64,000 nt of DNA from SAR202 cluster bacterium bin16. GTDB lineage: Bacteria; Chloroflexota; Dehalococcoidia; Lucifugimonadales; Australimonadaceae. Positions 59,806 to 64,000 of the stretch are shown here, in pieces. Each line of letters opens with the position of its first letter. Positions within the stretch are counted from its first letter, which is position 1. The position numbers were made by a program, and so were the translations under genes. Location of the stretch: NCBI GenBank assembly GCA_002238425.1, contig MPMJ01000002.1, positions 17,790 through 81,789 of the forward strand, given 5' to 3'. Under the pieces are notes generated by a model. It was not told the origin of the DNA. It did not search any database and saw only the letters and a program-made list of their open reading frames with translations.

Positions 59806-62028
59806 GTGGCGGACTTCAGGGTCATCGGCCATCCGGCGGGCAGGACCGAGGGGCCGGATAAGACGACGGGCAGCGCGCTCTATGCGTTCGACGTGTGCCC
59901 GCCGGGCACGCTGTGGGCCAAGGCGCTGCGCAGCCCCTACGCCGCCGCCCGCATCAAGGCCATCGACGCCTCACAGGCTGAGGCGCTTCCCGGCGTCCAC
60001 GCCGTGCTGACCGGGGCCAACGTTACAGGCCTGTTGCAGGGACGCCAGGTGCGCGACGTTCCGCTCTTGGCGCAGGACATCGTCCGCTTCGCGGGCGAGA
60101 AGGTCGCGGTCGTCGCCGCCGACGACGAGGAAACAGCCCAGCGCGCCGCCGCGATGATCGCCGTGGAGTACGAAGAGATGACGCCGCTGCTGGACGCGCA
60201 GGAAGCGGCACGCGCGGACGCACGCCTCATCCATCCGGACATGGGCGCGTACGAGGGGTTCCGCCGCCCGCCTGATCAGCCGTCCAACGTGTTCTTCAGC
60301 GCGACATTCGGCATCGGCGACGTGGACGCCGGGTTTGCCGAGGCCGACCTCGTCTTCGAGGACGAGTACCGCTGCGCCAGGACCCATCCGGCATTCTTCG
60401 AACCACGCTGTTGCGTCGTCTCGGTGGAGAGTGATGGACGCGCGCACGTGTGGTCGTCCAACAAGACCCCGTTCGGCCTCAGACAGGCACTCGCCCTCGC
60501 TGTCGGCGTTGACGAGGAAACCATCGTCGTCCACCCCGTTCACGTGGGCGGCGACTTCGGGTCAAAGACCGCGCCGTTCGACGAGCCATTGGCTTATCTG
60601 CTTTCCGTCAGGACAGGTCGTCCGGTAAAGATGGTGATGGACCAGGTGGAGGAGCTTGGCGCGGGCAATCCGAAGCACGCCGCCGTCATGCGCGTGAAGA
60701 CCGGCGTGACGCGCGACGGCCATATCACGGCCCATCTGCAGGAGATGTACTTCGATAGCGGCGCCTACGCCGGACTGATGCCGCTCGGCGCACTGGCCGG
60801 GGTCGACCGCATCGCGGCCAACTGGCATATCCCGAACGCCCGCTTCGATCAACATCACGTCTACACGAACAACCTGCCGGGCGGCTACATGCGCGGCCCC
60901 GGCGAAGTGCAGGGCTCCTTCGCGATGGAGTCGCACCTGGACGAAGTCGCGCGGCGTCTGGACATGGATCCGCTGGAATTCCGCCTGAAGAACATCCTGC
61001 GAGAAGGGCAGCGCACGCCGATGAACGAACTCTTCGGCGAGGTGCGCGCCGAGGAAACGCTGCGTGCAGCTATCGAGAAGAGCCGCTACGGCGGACCGAA
61101 GCGGCCAAGCGTCGGCAGGGGCATCGCGATGTGTGCGCGTCCGGCAGGCGGCGGTGAGTCCTACGCGGAGGTTGTCCTCAACACCGACGCCTCAGTCGTC
61201 GTGCGAACGCCCATCTTCGAACCTGGCACAGGCGCATACACGATGTTCGCCCAGGTCGCTGCCGAGGTGCTGGGGGTGGATGTCGCCAGCGTGGACGTGC
61301 AAGTGTGGGACACCGACGCCGTCCCCTTCGACTCCGGCGTTGCAGGCAGCCGCACGACGCGGATGGCGGTCCCAGCCGTGCACGAGGCGGCAGGGGCTGC
61401 GCTGGACGCACTGCTGCAGGCTGCCGCGACACAGACCGGCTGGCCTGTCGATGCGCTGACCAGCTCGGACGGACAGGTATGGCACGGCGGAGCCGAGTCA
61501 GTATCGTGGGCGAGCGTCATCGAGACTGCAGGAGGCCCCATCAGCGGCAGAGGGCATTCGCAAGTCATCGGCCAACCGGAGCACACGGCCTTCGCGGCAC
61601 AGGTGGCGGAGGTGGAGGTGGACGAGGAAACGGGCCAGGTGAAGATCCTGCGATTCACGAGCGCCCACGACGTCGGCACCATCATCAACCCCATCGCGCA
61701 CCAGGGCCAGATCAACGGCGCTGTCGTGATGGGCTTCGGCTACGCATTGCAGGAAGAGCTGCTGACGGACAACGGCAGGGTCACGACGCTCTCGCTTGCC
61801 GATTTCAAGGTACCGAACGTAGCCGATCTCCCCGTGCTGGAGACGGCGCTCGTCACGTCGACCGCCGGGGCTGCTCCGTACAACGCCAAAGCCATCGGCG
61901 AGGTGCCGCTGCTCGCCGTCGCGCCCGCCATTGCCAACGCGGTCCGCGACGCAACGGGCCTTCGCGTGAAGAGCCTGCCGCTGACTGCGGAACGTGTGCT
62001 GGCGGCACTCAGGGAGCGGGACGCCTAA
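59806..62028 (+). CDS. xanthine dehydrogenase/aldehyde oxidase family molybdopterin-binding large subunit
   Basis: GTG 59806 lies 2 nt after the previous stop. GRTEGPDKTTG.A.Y..D, GGDFGSK, NNLPGGYMRGPG and the C-terminal KAIGE are family hallmarks. Confidence 0.85.
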   Translation: MADFRVIGHPAGRTEGPDKTTGSALYAFDVCPPGTLWAKALRSPYAAARIKAIDASQAEALPGVHAVLTGANVTGLLQGRQVRDVPLLAQDIVRFAGEKVAVVAADDEETAQRAAAMIAVEYEEMTPLLDAQEAARADARLIHPDMGAYEGFRRPPDQPSNVFFSATFGIGDVDAGFAEADLVFEDEYRCARTHPAFFEPRCCVVSVESDGRAHVWSSNKTPFGLRQALALAVGVDEETIVVHPVHVGGDFGSKTAPFDEPLAYLLSVRTGRPVKMVMDQVEELGAGNPKHAAVMRVKTGVTRDGHITAHLQEMYFDSGAYAGLMPLGALAGVDRIAANWHIPNARFDQHHVYTNNLPGGYMRGPGEVQGSFAMESHLDEVARRLDMDPLEFRLKNILREGQRTPMNELFGEVRAEETLRAAIEKSRYGGPKRPSVGRGIAMCARPAGGGESYAEVVLNTDASVVVRTPIFEPGTGAYTMFAQVAAEVLGVDVASVDVQVWDTDAVPFDSGVAGSRTTRMAVPAVHEAAGAALDALLQAAATQTGWPVDALTSSDGQVWHGGAESVSWASVIETAGGPISGRGHSQVIGQPEHTAFAAQVAEVEVDEETGQVKILRFTSAHDVGTIINPIAHQGQINGAVVMGFGYALQEELLTDNGRVTTLSLADFKVPNVADLPVLETALVTSTAGAAPYNAKAIGEVPLLAVAPAIANAVRDATGLRVKSLPLTAERVLAALRERDA

Positions 62029-62906
62029 CCCGCCTCGTCCCGCTGGGTGAGTAGCTTGATGAGCGCTGAGATGTCGCTCTCGCCCAGTCCGCGGGCCATC
62101 CCCTCGTCGAACAGCGCGCGTGTCCGTTGCACGAGCGGCAGCGGCACGCCGAGATCGGCTGCCGCGTCCTCCACGAGGCTGAGGTCCTTGGCGAGCAACC
62201 GCACCGGCGCGAGCGAGCCATAGTCGCCGGAGAGCAGCATCGGCCCGTTGCGCGTGAGCATGTTGCTCGCGCCCCAGGAGGTCGACAGCACGTCGAGCAG
62301 CTGGCGTCCGTCCGCTCCCGCCGATGTGCCGAACAGGAACGCTTCACACGCCGCCATCGTGTGGATGCCCACGAGCAGCTGGTTCGTCAGCTTGACGACG
62401 CTGCCCTGCCCCACGGGCCCCACGAGGTTCAGGCTCGCACCCATCGCATCGAGCACCGGACGTACGGACTCGAAGTGCTGTGCATCGTCGCCGGCCATGA
62501 TGGTCAGCGTACCGCTCTCCGCGCGCTCAACTCCGCCGGAAACCGGAGCGTCGAGGTAGCCTGCCCCTCGAGCCGCTGCCGCCTCGCCCACCCGGACAGC
62601 GAGCGACGGCGCGACCGTGCTGTGCTCGATGAGTACCTGCCCTGCCCGTGCATTGGCCGCGAGTCCGTCCGCGCCGAGGTAGACCGCCTCCGATGTCGCG
62701 ACGTCCGGCAGGCACGTGCAGACGACATCCGCGCGCTCGGCCATGTCGGCAAGCGAGGTTGCTTCCTCCGCGCCCGCCTCAACGAGCGCCTCGACCGGAG
62801 GCCGTGAACGCGACAGCACCAGCACGGAGAATCCGGCGCTCAGCAGGTTCAGCGCCATGGGCTTCCCCATGCGTCCCAGCCCTACGAATCCGACGGTCGT
62901 GGCCAT
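62025..62906 (-). CDS. NAD(P)-dependent 3-hydroxyisobutyrate dehydrogenase-like oxidoreductase
   Basis: VGFVGLGRMGKPMALNL Rossmann motif, DAPVSGG, and the lysine-containing VKLTNQLL segment. Confidence 0.8.
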   Translation of the reverse strand: MATTVGFVGLGRMGKPMALNLLSAGFSVLVLSRSRPPVEALVEAGAEEATSLADMAERADVVCTCLPDVATSEAVYLGADGLAANARAGQVLIEHSTVAPSLAVRVGEAAAARGAGYLDAPVSGGVERAESGTLTIMAGDDAQHFESVRPVLDAMGASLNLVGPVGQGSVVKLTNQLLVGIHTMAACEAFLFGTSAGADGRQLLDVLSTSWGASNMLTRNGPMLLSGDYGSLAPVRLLAKDLSLVEDAAADLGVPLPLVQRTRALFDEGMARGLGESDISALIKLLTQRDEAG

Positions 62907-63001
62907 GGGTTGAGGATACGTCAACGGTGACACTTGCGCTTTGACACACTACGTTCGCTCCCTTACAGTTACTCCCGCGTAACGCTCAGGAGGAGCTACC
63001 T

Positions 63002-64000
63002 ATGGCAACCGCGCCCGCACAGGCACAGCAGCAGTCCTACATCCGCAGGCCGCAGTTCTACGACAAGTGGATGGAAGCGCAGGGCATCCCCATCTACCGT
63101 GACTACTACATCGAAGACGGGCGCACCGTTGAGCTCGGCTACTGGAAGGAACGAGGCCACAACGCCGCGTTCCTGCAGCTCGCCGGCCAGGAAGGCGTCT
63201 CCGAGGCGCGCATCACTGAGGTCCCCGCAGGCGGTTCTGTCCCGCCGTTCAAGATGACGCTGGAAGACGTCGTCTACGTCCTCAGCGGGCGCGGCGTCAC
63301 CACCATCTGGAAAGACGGCGGCGAGAAGCACTCGTTCGAGTGGACCGACCACGCGATGTTCCGCATCCCCGGCAACTACTGGGTGGAGTACGCGAGCATG
63401 TCCGGCGGCCAACCCGCGCGGCTGCTGCACTACAACAACATGCCCATAGCAATGTCCGCAGCCAAGGACGCGAACATCTTCTTCAACACGCCGCTCCAGC
63501 CACAGGAGGAGCTGGCCTCCTCCGACGAGTTCTACTCCGACGCCGTCGTCGTGGACAACGACCCGTCCGGACGCGGCGCGGTGCGCCAGTACTGGGTAGG
63601 CAACTTCTTCCCGGACATGCGGGCGTGGGACAGGCTCGTGCCATTCAAGGGTCGCGGCGCAGGTGGCACGACCGTGTTCGTACAGTACCCGGGCTCCGAA
63701 CTGACGGCGCACATGTCCGTATTCCCGGCGAAGACGTACAAGAAGGGCCACCGCCACGGCCCTGCCTACGTCATCGTCATCCCCGCGGGCGAGGGCTTCT
63801 CCGTCATGTGGCCGGAGGGACAGGACAAGGTGTTCATCCCCTGGCACGAGGGCAGCATCTTCGTGCCCCCGAACCGCTGGTTCCACCAGCACTTCAACGT
63901 CGGCGAGCAGCCCGGACGCTACCTTGCGTTCCATCCCCTGCCCCAGTTCACGGGCTTCGTAGACGAGAACGCCGACCGTTCCGCCGACCAGTACGAGTAC
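63002..64000 (+). CDS. bicupin protein, paralog 3 of 3 (3' end outside the window)
   Basis: Not in the ORF track because no stop lies in the window. AGGAGG lies upstream of ATG 63002. My translation gives ..GHRHGPAYVIVIPAGEGF..RWFHQHFN, the same His cluster as the other two bicupins. Confidence 0.7.
   Translation, partial: MATAPAQAQQQSYIRRPQFYDKWMEAQGIPIYRDYYIEDGRTVELGYWKERGHNAAFLQLAGQEGVSEARITEVPAGGSVPPFKMTLEDVVYVLSGRGVTTIWKDGGEKHSFEWTDHAMFRIPGNYWVEYASMSGGQPARLLHYNNMPIAMSAAKDANIFFNTPLQPQEELASSDEFYSDAVVVDNDPSGRGAVRQYWVGNFFPDMRAWDRLVPFKGRGAGGTTVFVQYPGSELTAHMSVFPAKTYKKGHRHGPAYVIVIPAGEGFSVMWPEGQDKVFIPWHEGSIFVPPNRWFHQHFNVGEQPGRYLAFHPLPQFTGFVDENADRSADQYEY

Overview
High-GC bacterial chromosomal segment with about 65 protein-coding genes. 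I found no rRNA, tRNA, CRISPR array, transposase or integrase. The content is mostly catabolic and rich in paralogs: 5 amidohydrolase_2 genes, 4 VOC/glyoxalase genes, 3 bicupins, 2 PBP-fold decarboxylase-like genes, plus GMC, SDR, MDR, Gfo/Idh/MocA, LigB, enolase-superfamily, aldehyde dehydrogenase, acyl-CoA synthetase, a fused IcmF-type B12 mutase and a molybdo-hydroxylase large subunit. This resembles marine Chloroflexota (SAR202-like) or similar heterotrophs, but that is inference only. There are also three toxin-antitoxin-type modules (MntA/HepT, Phd/VapC, orphan HicB), a four-gene ABC-2 exporter and a split DUF318-like permease. I could not recognise any transcription factor in the 64 kb. 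Main points: (1) Three loci carry a G-run-then-C-run signature. At two of them the inserted bases are demonstrably G- or C-degraded copies of flanking sequence. The apparent frameshifts in a LigB dioxygenase and an amidohydrolase are therefore most likely sequencing or assembly artifacts. The G10C24 tract at 5550-5583 may be a false join. (2) At least three families of short palindromic REP-like repeats fill intergenic regions, often abutting ribosome-binding sites. One copy is inserted in frame into the inter-domain linker of icmF. (3) A roughly 270-nt intergenic element occurs twice, upstream of unrelated hydrolase genes. It has three helically phased ATGG(G/T)GCC 10-mers and a long-range inverted copy, so it may be a structured RNA, an operator array or a MITE. 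(4) A compact six-gene cluster at 28.7-34.5 kb is the best candidate here for an undescribed ring or heterocycle catabolic route. It encodes two amidohydrolases, an M29/NicX-like protein, two PBP-fold decarboxylase-like proteins and a CDO-like cupin. (5) There are several unusual proteins: an NCS2 permease with an extra C-terminal regulatory-looking domain, a DM13 protein with MTPEMM repeats, an asparaginase-fold protein with an altered catalytic motif, and tandem small basic paralogs. All functional calls rest on motif recognition by eye and no database search was run.
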